DNA of 64,000 nucleotides from Phaeosaccion multiseriatum (GCA_965112735.1 OZ218958.1:1364001-1428000), one strand, 5' to 3'; counted from the stretch's first letter, positions 1 to 32,838 are shown. Program-made: numbers and translations. The notes: generated from the letters alone by a model not told the origin.

Positions 1-534
1 AGCACACTGAGCAGCACACCTTGAGTTGATGGTGACATGGAGCTCTCTCTCTCTCCCTCGGGTCTCTGAGCAGCTTGGAGGAACTGTCCCTGGCACTCCG
101 CGCCCACCAAAAGGCCTTGGCTGGCTCTTCGGTCTCGCAGAAGCAGTCACACAGGGATACCACGGTCCTCTATCCTTGCTTCTTCATCTTCTCCTGTTGA
201 TGCGCTTCTCTTCCCCGCTGGTGCCCCTGTGCTCCCTGGGTCCGCATGGCAGCGGTGACTTGCTCCTCTCAAAAGAATGCCCTGGCTCTCTCTCCCTGCC
301 ACCTGCCACGAGTCTGGCTTCAACCAAGGTAAAGGGATACAAGCACGCCTAGATCCAGAGAAGACTCACGCACTTTCGGGCGCGGATGAGAGAGAGTGGC
401 CGTGTTCCCGATGACTGGCCTGTTCGCGGGAGATCGATGAAAATTCAGTTTCAGTTTTCGTTTCAGTTTTCACGTGCGTTTCAGTTTCAGTTTCAATTTC
501 ATTCGATGAAATATCCCGCCATTTTGCCTCTCTC

Positions 535-757
535 TCGACCCCTGATGCATTATCCGCTATCCGCTATCGCCGGCGCCAACCGGCGCGCTATCCACTATCG
601 CCGGCGCCAGCCGGCACGCTATCCGCTATCGCCGGCGCCAACCGGCGCGCTATCGGCTATCGCCGGCGCCAGCCGATCCGCTATCCACTATCGGATAGCG
701 CGCTATCGAGAAAAAGAATGTGGGCGATAGTGCGTTGCGTCAGCCCTCAGGGGTCGA
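535..757. mobile_element. Candidate MITE: 11-bp terminal inverted repeats, internal 31-bp tandem array
   Basis: TCGACCCCTGA (535-545) and TCAGGGGTCGA (747-757) are a perfect inverted pair. TCTCTC flanks both sides (529-534, 758-763). No coding capacity. Confidence 0.5.
556..699. repeat. 31-bp GC-rich tandem repeat (about 4.6 copies, alternating 62-bp higher-order pattern)
   Basis: Units GCTATCCGCTATCGCCGGCGCCAACCGGCGC-like start at 556, 587, 618, 649, with a partial unit at 680. Confidence 0.9.
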
Positions 758-1092
758 TCTCTCCGCTCCTCCCTCCGTCCCTCCGTCCCGTCTCTCCGCT
801 GCTGTCCTGCTGCTTTCTCATCGGCCCCTGCTATCACCGTGCCCCCCCCCGCCAGGCCAGGTTATGTGAAAGATTATGGGCCCCAGCAGGCCCCTCCACA
901 GATCACACAGACACAGATGAGGTTGATTGCCCTCCAGCAAACGGTATACAGTTATTGTATTATACAGTTATTAGCCCCCCTGCCCTCCAGCAACCTCACC
1001 ACTAGACCCCGACAAGGTTCGCACAAAAACTCAAACGTGGGAACCCGGAACCTAGTGTCGATGTCGACTTCTATGATGTCGATTCTCGATTT

Positions 1093-1184
1093 CTAGGTCA
1101 GCGCAGCTGGGAAGCTGATCGCCGGGAGCCCTACTCCTCCTCCTCTTGCATCTTCTGCCTGCTGCTGTTTCTGCTGTATCACCA

Positions 1185-1224
<40 letters not shown>

Positions 1225-1567
1225 GGCTCCTCTGGCCAGAAGCTGCGCCTTCTCCATGTCCCTCTCCAGCCCTCTCAGTGTCCGCTCAATGAGTCCCGCC
1301 TGGGACGATACTGCCGCCCTCTCTGCCTCGGCATTGCGCCTCTTGTTCCGCTGCTCACTAAGGTGTATGTCAATGAGGGCAAGCTCGTCGGCAAGAGCAG
1401 CCATCTTCTTTTCCACCTCGCGTCGCGTATCCACGAGATGGCGCTCCGCTGCTTCTGTGGCCTGGTGGGTGGGGTGGGGTGGGAGGGGAGGGAAATGCCA
1501 CCGAAAAGAGCCAAAGAGATGGAGAGAGACAGAGAGGGAAAGAGAGAGGGAGGGAGACAGAGAGAGA

Positions 1568-1662
<95 letters not shown>

Positions 1663-4600
1663 AGACAGGGGCGGTCGGGGGGGGGGGGGGCACAACTCGC
1701 AATCAGTCAGCAATGTGAAGTGTGAAGCATCGTGGAGACACGTATGCTCACCGCCAAGTCAAACAAGAATGAACAACACGTTGACTACCCACCCACCCTC
1801 CCCCCTCTCTTTGGGTCTTGCTGTGCGCCCTCCCCTCACCCCAACGCACCCCTCCCCGCCTCACCTCGACTCTGCGGTCCGCCTCCTCCTCCTCCGCCTT
1901 GCTGTCTCCAAGCTCGTTCACAAGGATCCGATGTCTGAACATGAGGTGGACGTGTGGGCGTGTGTGCATGGGTGGGTAGATGGGATGTTGGGTGGTTGGG
2001 TGGATGGATGGGTGGGTGGGTGGGTGTGGGTGGGTGGGTGGGTGTGGGTGGGTGGGTGGATGGGTGGGTGGATGGAATGGGTTGGGTTGGTGGGTGGGTG
2101 AGTGGGTGAGTGTGTGCGAGGGTTAGGGAGAGCGATTGACATGCACAGCCCAGGCACGGTAGAAGGTGGAGGGGGGCGAAGGAGAGGAGAGGAGGGTGGA
2201 GGGGCAAAAGGCAGGTGAGAAAGTACCAGCAGCAGTTGTTGATACAGCAGTTCCATACCCCCCCCCCGTTGACATGATTGATATTGATGAGTGGGGAGGT
2301 ATCAAAATGAAACTGCGAACTGCAACTGCAACAACTGAACTGCAACTGCAACAACCGAACTGCAACTGCAACAACCCTTCTCACCTCATTGCGCACGAGT
2401 GGTACTCCGCCAGATACTTTCTCTCCTCGCGCGTGTTGGCATTGGCGTTCTCATACGCAGTGCTGCCACCACCACCACCACCGCCGCCACCACCACCACC
2501 ATTACCATTACCACAACTATTGTTACTACCACCCCCACGCGTCTTACTACTACTTCCTCTACAACAAATACTGTCACTACCGTTCGCACCCCCGCTACTG
2601 CTACTGCTACTGCTACTGCTTCGACCGCCCTCTCCTCCTCCACGGTGGTGACTGCAACTGCCGGCTCGGAGACCTCCGCTGCCCCCCCCCGGGGGGAAGA
2701 CGTCCTCGAGACGCTGCACCTCTCCTGTCTCGAGCTTCCCCTTCTGTTCCACAAAGCGCTCTGGAGCAAGACGATGGCAGCGGATGGGCACAGCGCATGA
2801 CATCATAGCATGAAATGACGTGAGACATGCTGACCAACTGTCGCCTGACTGTTGACTTGACTTGTCTCTTTGGACTCTCTATTAACTGAAACACCCATAT
2901 CATCTCTTTATAAACGGGAGAGGAGAGTGAGAATAGCTATAGCCATAGGAGCGGTATCGGTCTACTTCTTACATACTCGTGTGTGAGGACAAGTCTCCAT
3001 CTAAAACCCTGCTACGAACAACCTCCCCTCCTCCCCCCCTTCTCCCTCCCTTCTCTGTAACAGAAGTATGTACTTCAGTATAAACGGGAGAGAATAGTGA
3101 TAAAGCTATAGCTATAGGAGCGGTATCGGCCAACTTCTTACATACTCGTGTTTAAGGACTATATTCTAAGCTACCGATGACCTCTCTCTTGAGAGGTTGA
3201 TGAGGTGTAGCAAACTGAGACTGAAACCCACCTATGAGCTGCTTCAGGGATTGGTTCTCCACTGTGGAGCGTATCTGGTCCCTGCAGTAGGGGCAGAAAC
3301 CCGCACTCCTGTGGCTTGCCTTAGTCTATGGCGGAGGGGAGGAGGGGAACGAGGAGAGGGGTGGGGGGGGTGGGTGGGGGGGGGAGTGACGTGGAGACAA
3401 GGAGTGAAAGAGAGGTAGGAAGAGGGGGAGTGGAGGGGAGAGGGGGAGGGGGGGGGGGGGGAAGTGGGGGATGGTGGACGAAAGAGAGGAGAGACGGGGA
3501 GAGATGGGGAGAAAGGGTAGATGGATGGGGTAGAAAAGGAGAGCGAGGGAGAAAGGGGGAGAGAGAGGGTAGGAGGTGAAACGGTCCTACTTACCCGGTG
3601 CTGCTCGAGACAAGTCTTGCAAAACGTGTGTCCGCATGGGACAATCATGGTCGGGGTGTGGGGAGGTACCATGAGCTCGTAGCAAATCTGCAGGTATATG
3701 GGCAGGCAGGAAGGCAGGCAGGTAGGTAGGTAGGTAGGTAGGTAGGCAGGTAGGTAGGCAGGTAGGTAGGTAGGTAGGGAGGTGGGTAGAGAGGTAGGTA
3801 GGTAGGTAGGTAGGTAGGTAGGGAGGTAGGTAGGTAGGTAGGTGGGTAGGTAGGTAGGGAGGTGGGTAGGGAGGTAGGTAGGTAGGTAGGTAGGGAGGTG
3901 GGTATGTAGGTAGGTAGGTAGGTAGGTAGGTAGGTAGGTAGGTAGGTAGGTAGGTAGGTAGGTAGGTAGGTAGGTAGGTAGGTAGGTAGGTAGGTAGGTA
4001 GGTAGGTAGGTAGGTAGGTAGGTATACGTAGATAGGAACGATGGAAGGGAGCAGGAAGATCAGCGCAAGACGACGGGGAATCCTGCCTTTCCGGTCAGTG
4101 CCCATGCCCACTCCCTTACTGGCTACTCATCCACCACCCTGTGTCTATCCACCCTCTCCGCTGCTGTACTGATCCACCACCCTGTACCTGCCCACCCCCT
4201 CAGCTGTTGTACTCATCCACCACCCTGTGTCTACCCACTACCTCCATCGGTTCTCATGGCTCAATGCTCTCATCCAGTGCATCCAGTACGTGCCTGCCCA
4301 GCCCCTCAAGCGCCAATCACTTCCCTTGGCCTCACCCTCACCTGACAGACGTGCGTATGCAGCTCCGCGGATAGGAAATCCTGCGAGACATAGCGAGCAA
4401 CGAGACAGGCAAGAGACAGGCGGGCGGAGGGGGTCCAGTAGAGCAAGAGCGAGACAGAGAGGGCGGGGTAAAGAAAGAGGTACAGAGCAGGATAGAGCAG
4501 AGACACACCAAATGAGAGACAGAGACAGAGAGACAGGGGAGAGACATACAGAGAGAGGGGAGAGAAGAGAGAGAGGGAGCCACTCACGTCCATCTTCCCA

Positions 4601-5091
4601 GCGAGGTCCTTCCCCTCATCGGCGGTAAGCTTGACTTGTTCTCTCAACTCCAAGGCTATTTCCTCACGGAGCGACGAGGTTATTCTCGTGGTTAGTCTTC
4701 GCAGCATCTCATCCTCACGCCCTCCTTCTCCGCCACCCCCTCCTCCTCCTCCTCCTCCTCCTCCTCCTCCTCCTCCTCCTCCTCCACCTCCTCCACCTCC
4801 TCCCCCTCCAACTCCACCACCACCATCACCACCATCGCCACCATCGCCGCCTCCAGCCTCCCCCAATCTCTGCTGCTGCCGATTCTGTTGCTGAGCCGCC
4901 ATGGAGCTGCCCATGATTGGATACCTGTCGGCCTCTCGTGGTCCCTCCTCTTCCATTTCGTCCCTAACCGCTCTGGCGTTCTCTTCCAGCATCCTCTCCT
5001 CTCGCCACATCTTCTTACGCTGCTCCAGCATCAGTCGCTTGTCGTGCAGCGACACTGCAGCGGCCCCCCCTCCCCCCATACGTTCTCTCAT
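1093..5091 (-). CDS. RING-HC (C3HC4) zinc-finger plus coiled-coil protein, putative E3 ubiquitin ligase; 7 exons, about 514 aa
   Basis: Exons 5091-4588, 4380-4342, 3687-3595, 3325-3232, 2760-2385, 1934-1865, 1461-1093 join in frame via GT-AG. Spliced RING: CQIC...[10 protein letters not shown]...CPYC followed by [10 protein letters not shown]. Start codon uncertain. Confidence 0.85.
2909..3159. repeat. Diverged ~80-bp direct repeat pair inside an intron
   Basis: TATAAACGGGAGAG...ATAGGAGCGGTATCGG...ACTTCTTACATACTCGTGT...AGGAC at about 2909-2990 and 3078-3159. Confidence 0.85.
3720..4022. repeat. (GTAG)n intronic microsatellite
   Basis: Direct inspection. Confidence 0.95.
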
Positions 5092-5363
5092 AACTGTTAA
5101 AAGGTGAAGGAGTTGTGTTTTTTTGGGGACGATGCCACTGGATTGGATCGGCCACCGTCGTCGGATTGATTGGCGTTTTTTTTGGGCCTGAAGCCCTGAA
5201 GGAGGAGGGATAAAAGGCCTCCGAGGCGAAGGGCAGCGGGAGATGGCTTAAATGCGCAAAATGCCATCATGAGCATTTGCGTGTAGTCGGACTGATTATA
5301 TAAGAAGGGGAGGAGAGGAAGGAGGGAAGAGAGGAGGAGGAGTAGCCACATACATCACACACC
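5092..5363. promoter_or_regulatory. Short divergent intergenic region (putative bidirectional promoter)
   Basis: The RING gene (-) and the giant gene (+) begin head-to-head about 270 bp apart; both start sites are inferred. Confidence 0.4.
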
Positions 5364-25121
<19,758 letters not shown>

Positions 25122-25167
25122 AAAGGCGGTCAGTGCTGTGCTGGAGTGTTCAGTCCGATGCAGCACA

Positions 25168-25207
<40 letters not shown>

Positions 25208-25964
25208 GGTCACCGCCAAGGGCCCCCAATGTACACCCAATCTGGCCCAATCTGGGTTGCCAAGTGGAGTACCCATCTGTGGGTGGTGAAGAGAAGGGTT
25301 GAATGAAATAATCAAAACTTGCAATAACAAGTAGTTACAAACGGCTGGTGGCGGTTCCCCCACTCTACGTTACGTAAGATCCATAGTTTCAATTATAAAT
25401 GGATTTAATTATATTATTAGTATTATACTTCAATGTAAAAAACTGAATTGGCCGTGAGTGAGACTTCCGAGCCGGCATGGTAAGACACAGAGTCTTGTCT
25501 TGCCGATAAGACGGTAGTGAGAGGTCAAAATCTCCTCTCTTGTCTTGCCGACCACAGGCCCCACTTCTGACTCTTGCTCTGATGATGCACCCGGATCTGT
25601 GGGTATGAGTATGAGTAACTATACCTCTTTCTCTCTGCCCATGTGTGTGTACATAACCAACCCGTCTACTAAGGTGTGGTGGGAAAATGATTGAAAGTGC
25701 CCATGCGCACTTATCCTCCCTCCCTACACCCCCCCCTTCTCCCTTCTCCCTTCTCTCCTTCCTTCCTTGTCTGCTCGCAGATCTGCTTGCAGACTCGAAC
25801 GTAAATCCAACCACAGTCCCACCACAGTCAAATCCACTCAAGACACTCAATGTATTCCCTCCGAGTCCATGGAATGCATTCCATGCATTCCAGAAGTCCC
25901 AACAATGCATTCCATGGAATGCATTGCCCCATTCCCTCACCACACACACACACCTGGCCACAGC

Positions 25965-27926
25965 TCAATCTGCACCCCGCCTTGCCCGCCAGGACAGTCC
26001 CCCTGGGACAGCGGCAGGAGGAGGCGGACAGGCGACTGCAACAGTCGCAGCAGGACGTAGAGAAGCCCCCCCCCCCACCGCAGCAGCACCACCACCACCA
26101 CCAGCAGCAGCAGCAGCAGCAGCACCACCAGCAGCAGCAGCACCACCACCACCACCAACAGCAGCACCACCACCACCACCACCACCAACAGCAGCACCAC
26201 CACCACGACCAGCAGCAGCAGCAGCCGTCGGAGCCGTTGGCACACCCGCCCTCACGGGCGTCCCCCACGGCGACAACTCCTCTCCTCCCCCCTCCAGGGG
26301 GGGCGTACTGAGCCCGACCAGAGACTCACACGAGCTTCCTGAGCTGAAGGCACTGAATGCGCTCAAAGGGAATGCCTCCGACCGGCTGCAGTAGCCGGAG
26401 CTCTGCCCGCTTCCGTAGGGTGAAGGGGAGGCCGTCCCGATGCAAAGGTTGGCTGCCTCAGGGATGATGCAGCAGGCCGAAGGGGGACCTTCCGTTTTGA
26501 CAGGGGGGGGCAGCCCACTACTGCTGTCGGCGTCGGCCTTGTTTCCACTGTCCATCATCATCGTTGGCGTCGTCGTTACCCCCGGCTGCTCCTGCTGTAT
26601 CACCAACTGCTGCTGCTGCTGCTGCTTTTGAGGCATGTCGTCCACTGTCGCTCCGCTGCTGCTGCGTCTGCTCCAGCTGCTGTCGCATGAGCTGCTGTCG
26701 CATGAGCTGCTGTCGCATGAGCTGCTGTCGTAGCTTTCTAGCGTGGAAAGACTCGTCAGTCCGGCTCGAGCCATAGCGCCCCAGTGACCCATATGACCTA
26801 TACCGCCACGCTGCTGCTCCTGCTGTATCACCAACTGCTGCTGCTGCTGCTGCTGCTCTTGCTGCTGCTGCTGCTGCTGCTGCTGCTGAAGTTTGGACCC
26901 GCAGTTCTCTTTCTCTTTCATTCCATCCTCCAGGCCCTCCTCCTCCGCCACTCGCCGTCGCCACTCCTGCTCCCTCTCCTCGTCGTCAAGGGGGAAGAAA
27001 CGAAAGACCCCTCCACTACCACCACTATTACATGCTTGGTCTCCTTCGCCGTCGTACCGCAGCTGCTGCCGCTGCCCCTGCTGCTGCATCACCACCTGCT
27101 CCCCCCGCAGAGGCCGTGCATAGCGACGGAGTCCGCTCGATCTCTCGGAACGTTCCCCCTCTTCTTCTTCCTCCTCCTCCCCCTCCTCGCCCTCCTCCCT
27201 CTCCTCACCCTCCCCTTCCTCCCCCTCCTCCATCATGTCTTGAGCCCGCCCCCCTCCCTGCACATGGTCACCCTCCGGTGTGACCGGCCCGCGTACCCCA
27301 CCTCCTCTTCGTGGCCAATAGTGCCTTGGGGCCAATGGCGGTGGTGGCGCTTGCGGAGTCAGCGGCAGACGCGGCTGCTGGCCGGTGTAAGGCGGTGTCG
27401 TCGCTGCTGTTCCTGGAGTAGCTCCTCCCCTCACTGCTGCTGTATCACCAACTAGCGTCGTTGCTCTTCTCTCCATACGGACCGCGGCGCAGTCGTCCTC
27501 CGAATCGGAGAAGAAGCTTGTGCGGATGTTGAGCGACAAGTACACCGCCTTGCGGGGGTCGAAGATGGGGGATAAAGGCTGGCTTGGACAGACTGCTTGT
27601 CCTACTCCATCCTCCTCCCTTCGTATCTCCACCTCTCTTCCCCGCCGTGTCCCATAGCAAATGCCAGGCTCGTCGCTGTCGTAGCCGCTATGGTTCCCAT
27701 CCTCCGCCAACTCATCCCGCCACATTCGCCGCTGGTGCGGCTGCTGCTCGTACCAGGGCTGGTCGTCCGGCTGCGGTTGTCGCGCCTCCTCCTCTCCGCC
27801 CCACTTTGGCGCTGCTGCTGCCCAGCGATGTTGCGACGATGCAGCAGTTGGTGTCAGCTTTCTCTTGCAGCTGCCCTTGCCGAGACTCGGGCTCGAGGGA
27901 CTTTCGCTCCTTCGACTCGGTTCCAT
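25965..27926 (-). CDS. Hypothetical low-complexity, probably disordered protein (single long exon)
   Basis: 2.1-kb open frame with first ATG at 27926 (MEPSRRSESP). Q/E/G/S runs match the style of neighbouring real exons. No recognisable domain. Confidence 0.55.
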   Translation of the reverse strand: MEPSRRSESPSSPSLGKGSCKRKLTPTAASSQHRWAAAAPKWGGEEEARQPQPDDQPWYEQQPHQRRMWRDELAEDGNHSGYDSDEPGICYGTRRGREVEIRREEDGVGQAVCPSQPLSPIFDPRKAVYLSLNIRTSFFSDSEDDCAAVRMERRATTLVGDTAAVRGGATPGTAATTPPYTGQQPRLPLTPQAPPPPLAPRHYWPRRGGGVRGPVTPEGDHVQGGGRAQDMMEEGEEGEGEEREEGEEGEEEEEEEGERSERSSGLRRYARPLRGEQVVMQQQGQRQQLRYDGEGDQACNSGGSGGVFRFFPLDDEEREQEWRRRVAEEEGLEDGMKEKENCGSKLQQQQQQQQQQEQQQQQQQLVIQQEQQRGGIGHMGHWGAMARAGLTSLSTLESYDSSSCDSSSCDSSSCDSSWSRRSSSGATVDDMPQKQQQQQQLVIQQEQPGVTTTPTMMMDSGNKADADSSSGLPPPVKTEGPPSACCIIPEAANLCIGTASPSPYGSGQSSGYCSRSEAFPLSAFSAFSSGSSCESLVGLSTPPLEGGGEELSPWGTPVRAGVPTAPTAAAAAGRGGGAAVGGGGGGGAAVGGGGGAAAAGGAAAAAAAGGGGGAAAVGGGASLRPAATVAVACPPPPAAVPGGLSWRARRGAD

Positions 27927-28603
27927 ATCGCGCCTTGCTCCGGCGGTTGCCCGTCCTGCCGCCCTGCTCTGCCGCGTGGTGCTGCTGCCCGTTCTTTGCC
28001 CCCCCCCCCCCCCTCCCTCCTTTTCTAATCCCCAGCTCTCCTCGCTTCCGACCGTCCTTCTCCTCCGCACTTTTACGCAGTACACCACGTACCGGTCTGA
28101 ATGCGACCAAGCTGCCGAAGCGCCCTGGTGTTTGTCTCCGCCCGTGTCATTCGATGCTCCTGTTCTTTATTTTTTTATATCAAGAACAGCGTTTTCTTTC
28201 CAAGAGCAGCCATGAGCGGTGCCCGCAGATGCCGTTTTCGCTGTTCCGTGCACCCCCACTCTGGCTCTTTCCCGTTCATGCGGTTAGGGCTTGCGCTGGC
28301 CACACCTCCACCGCTGCCACTATATATATGTATGGAGGATGTGGGTGCCATGCACACACACAGACTCATGAACTTTTATTGAAATTAAAGATTTCAAATT
28401 GGGCGTACTTACAACTGTACGGCCTTGAAAGTACGCCCTCTCACGATCGATCACTAATTCACTCTTCGGCCCATTCGGCCCCTATTGAGCTATCGCTACT
28501 ATTATACAAGTACCGTCAGATTGAATGAGGCAGTGTAGGTTAAATTTTACTCCTCCTCCTCCTCCTCCTCCTCCTCCTCCCTCTGCTCCCTCTGCTGGCG
28601 CCT

Positions 28604-31600
28604 TCACACCTCACCTGCGAGCAGCTCTTCCCAACTGTCCCACGCCGCCTTCTCCCTGCCCACTTCTCTGAGCAGGCCCTGGGGGGTCCTGGTTGCCAGA
28701 GAGAGCGAAAGGCGAGGAACGGGCTTGACAGAGGCGGGGCGAGGCGTATAGCCACTCTGGCCGAAGGGCTGCCACGTGCCCAGCAGAAACTGCCGCCCCT
28801 GCTCCTGCTGCTGCTCTGGCAGAGACAAGCGGTACTGGCCGTCCTGCTGACGTTTCTTATGCGCCCCCCCGACTGCCGGCGTCGTGCTCCTCTGCCTCTT
28901 GCGTGCCCCGTAGCCACCACCACCCAACACACCACCACCCTGCTCTTCCCTCCTGCTACCCTCGTTGGAACGGTTGGCGTCGCCCCCGCTCAAGCCAAGC
29001 GCTTGTTTCTCAGCGGTTTCCAAGTCGCCACTCCCCGCCAGCATGGACCGGATCCACGCCTCCGAGCTGTCCTCGGCCGCCCTCTCTGCATTGAGTTGTA
29101 GCCGCACCTCAGCAAGCACTCGCTCCATCTCCACCGCCTCTGGTCTACGGCCTTGCGAGAAGCCAGCTCCAGTCTCCGCACCAGCACCAGCACAAAAGCC
29201 AGAGGAGCTGCTACGAACGTGTGTGAGGTCTTGTCGCCCAGCGTGGTGTGTGTTCTCCCCTCCCTCCTGCTCTTGTCCATCCTCCTCCCCCTCCTCTCCC
29301 TCCCCCCCCTGCTGCTGCTGCTGCCGTAGTGCCAGCTCTCTAGAAGCGGCAGCAGCGGCAGCGGCGGCGGCCGAAGCGGCTGAGAAGAGCCCCTCGTTGG
29401 CGGCATCGCGATACATCCACACCTCCTGAGCAGCGGGAGGGTCGGCCGCCTGTGCCTGGGCCCACATCTCCTCCTCCTCCTCCTCCTCCTCCTCCTCTTC
29501 GCTTCCATCAAGGAGACCTCCCCCCAGGGATGAGACCAAATAGACAGGTTCGTCCTTGACCAGGCGAGACAGCTTCTCGGACACAATGAAGTCCACCACC
29601 CGCCGCCAGTGCACCTTTCGTCTCAGTACTCGAGCACCACCCACACCTGCACCGGTACCGCTGCCACCAATGGCAAGGCCGCATGCGTGCTGTTGCTCTT
29701 CTTCTTCTTCTTCTTCTTCTTCTTCCTTCTCTGCGCCGCAACACAGCTCCATGAGGCGAGACCACAGGCCGGCGGGGCACTTCCACTCATCCCAGCCCAG
29801 TGACACCAGGTACTCGCTCGCCAGGGCCCAGGCATCCTCTCCTCTGTACCGCCACTCCTCTCCTGCCTCCTCCCCCTCTCCACCTACAGCAGTTGGTGCT
29901 CCGACCTCTGGCAAGGCCAGTGCGCTGCAGCCCTGCACAATCGCTGCTGTAGAGGCGGATAGAGCACGTCCCCACTCCACGGGAAGGCTCAGCGAGGCGC
30001 GTGGAAGCTCGGAAACCTCCACCGTCATTGCCCCCTCCACGGCGGCGACAGCGGCGGTAGCAGAAGAGGAGGTGTCACCCACATCCACAGCAGCAGCAGT
30101 GGAGGAGGTGGCGAACTCTCTCACAGGCCAGTTCCTCAGCAGAGGAGGGGGGGGGACAGCACGTTGCCCTTGCCCTTGCGCTTGCCCTTGTCCTTGGCCT
30201 TGGCATTGCGCCTCTACCCTCTCTTGCCTTCGCACCGCTGCCGCCGCCCGCCACTGCAGCGCGGTATTCACGGCCTGAACGCACCGCCCCAGGCTCCACT
30301 CCTCCGCCCCTCCTCTTCGCCCCCATAGGCCGGCCTTAAAGGCATCTTCCAGCACTCCCTTCAGTCGCCTCTGCTGCACCAGTGGAGGGGCCAGCGTGTT
30401 GGCTGCCAGGTATGTGAGAGCCTGTCGCAGCCTCATCCCAGCAGCAGCACCAGCATCAACATCGTTGTGGGAGTGCGTGGTGCCTCCATCCTCCCCCCCG
30501 TGTGTGTTTCTGTCTCCCTCTCCTCCACCGGGTGTTGGTGCTTCTTCTCCTCCGCCCAGTCGTCGCCCACCTGACAAATCGGAGAGGGCCGGCAGCGGCA
30601 GCGCCGCGACGGGCACAACAAGTACCTCCCACTTGCGCAGTTTCGTAAGAGAGGAAGAGGAAAGCTCCCGAATACGCAGTCCAGCAACCACTTCCTCGGC
30701 AGTCAGAGGAACGAAAGTCATGTCCTCCTCCTCCTCCTCCTCCTCTGACCCATATGCCTGCTGCTGCTGCTGCTGCTGTCCGCCAACAACACCCCTCGTC
30801 ACAGTCAGCCCCAGCCCGTCCGGCACGACAATGACCAAGGGCCGCCCTCGCAAAGAGCCCATCACACACGCCAGCTCCTTCGCAGCGGCGCTCCAATCCA
30901 CCACCGCAGCAGCAGTTGGTGATACAGCAGCACCACACCTGACTCTCAAGCTGGGCACAAACAGTACGGCTGACGTGCCGCACCACGCCTCTGCCGCTTG
31001 GGCTTCTTGGGCCTGGGCCTGGGCGCTGCCGCTGCCGCTGCCGCTGCAAATCGGTAACGTGACACGCCGCACACAGAGGCCCATGCCTTCGGCCTTCGTC
31101 AGCGTCAGCACCCTTCCACTGCCATCTACTTCGCCCCCACCACCCTGCTGCGTCATGCCTGTCATGCCCTCGTCCACATCGAGCGTGAGGCTGTCCTCGA
31201 GCCATCGCAGCAGCGCGTCCTTCTGCCGCCCCCCGCCTTCCCACTCCCCACCTCTACCTCCCCCTCCACAACCCCCCCGGGCAGACTCTGCACCGCAAGA
31301 GACCACAAGAAGCTTCCAAAACTCCTGTTGGTCCCCCACACACAAGCACGCCGCCGGGCTATCCCTGCTCACCCCATCACCATCACCACCACCATCACCG
31401 TCACCGTCACCGCCACCGCCACGCTTCGTCTGCGTCGTACTCGCCGCCCCAAGCCCTGTGAGTGAGATTCGGCCACTGTTGCGACGCCCGCGCTCACTCG
31501 CACTACCCTGGCTCCTCCTCCTCATTCTGGCTCTTCTCACCGCCGCCGGAGCACGTAGGAGCTCTCCCACCACCTCCTGCAGAGGCAGGGCAGGGGCGGC

Positions 31601-32805
31601 GCGTGGCCGCCTTCCTCCCACCACGCGGCTGCGTGAGATAAGGCCGGGTACATGCAGCTGAAGGGGGAGAGTGGGGAGGGTGGAGGGGCTTGAGAGGCCA
31701 CTGCTGGGGTGGACCGGTCTCCTCCTCTTCCTCCGCCGCCGCCGCCGCCGGGAGAGAGAAGGGCAGCTTGCTGGGCCTGTTGGTTGTACCCGGGAAAAGG
31801 AGATGGGGTGGGAGGGGAGGGGAGGGGAGGAAGGAGCAAGACCGGGCCGCAATAGATGGTGATTACAGTACTAGTAGAAGCGGGTAGTACTAGGAAGGAG
31901 TAGTAGTAGCTACACGCATTGCGCGCACGCACGCACACACGCACACACACATACCTAGCATGAATGAAATGTCAGCGATGTCGTTGATATTCCGCAAGCG
32001 AAGATCCTCCTTACGCTGTGGTTTGAGTTTGAGGTTGATTGCGTCCAGCCACCACACACGACGGGCGTATTATACAACAGGAAAGAACGAAACACAAGCG
32101 AGCGTGCAACACCGGGAAGGAACAAAAAAGGCGGAGCACATACAGGGGGAAAGCGAACATCGGTCAGGGACAGGGGAGTGATTGACGGTGGCTACAGAGG
32201 AGTGAGGGTTGCTACAGGGGAGTGAATGAGGGTGCCTACAAGGAGGGGAAAGGGCACATCAGTTCGGACAAGGGAGAGAGCAAGGTGGTTACTATGCCAT
32301 CAATCTTCTCTTCGGAGGTTCAAAAGCGAGAGCCGAATTATTATAAAAAACAAAAGATTCCACACACACACCCATACACACCCCTTGCGCCTCTCTGCCG
32401 CGACCGTCCCCTCCTCTATTGTCTCGTGCACGCACATACGCACACACACACACGCACACGCACGCACACACACACACGCACGCACACACACACACGCACG
32501 CACACACACACACACGCACGCACACACACACACGACGCCGTACTGCGCTGATCTGCACCTGAAGCTCGAGTAGAGATGCCTCGACAGTCCTCCTCCACCT
32601 TCGCACACCGATACGTTGCCACATGTGCTTCATCCTGAGGGCCAGCTCCACATCTCTCCTCTTCTGCTCCTCCGCCTCTCTCCTCTTCCGCTCCTCCTCC
32701 TCCCTTCTCCTCTGCTCTTCCCCCTCTCTCCTCCTCCTCGCCTCTGCCTCAGCCGCTGTCTTCGCTTCTCTTTGTCGAGCGGCAGCACGAGCAGCGGCAG
32801 TAGCT

Positions 32806-32838
<33 letters not shown>

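Noticed and set aside
1-430. Possible gene fragment at the left edge (splice-like signals on the - strand)
   Set aside because: No sustained ORF or recognisable motif within the window.
556-699. 31-bp repeats as a CRISPR array
   Set aside because: Units are head-to-tail with no unique spacers, the context is eukaryotic, and there are no cas genes.
2909-3180. Intronic repeat pair as box C/D snoRNAs
   Set aside because: One copy ends near CTGA on the sense strand, but I found no C box (RTGATGA) and the other copy lacks the D box.
25450-25555. tRNA/SINE-like sequence with weak A/B-box resemblance and a TCTTGTCTTGCCGA direct repeat
   Set aside because: No convincing cloverleaf or canonical GTTCRA T-loop.
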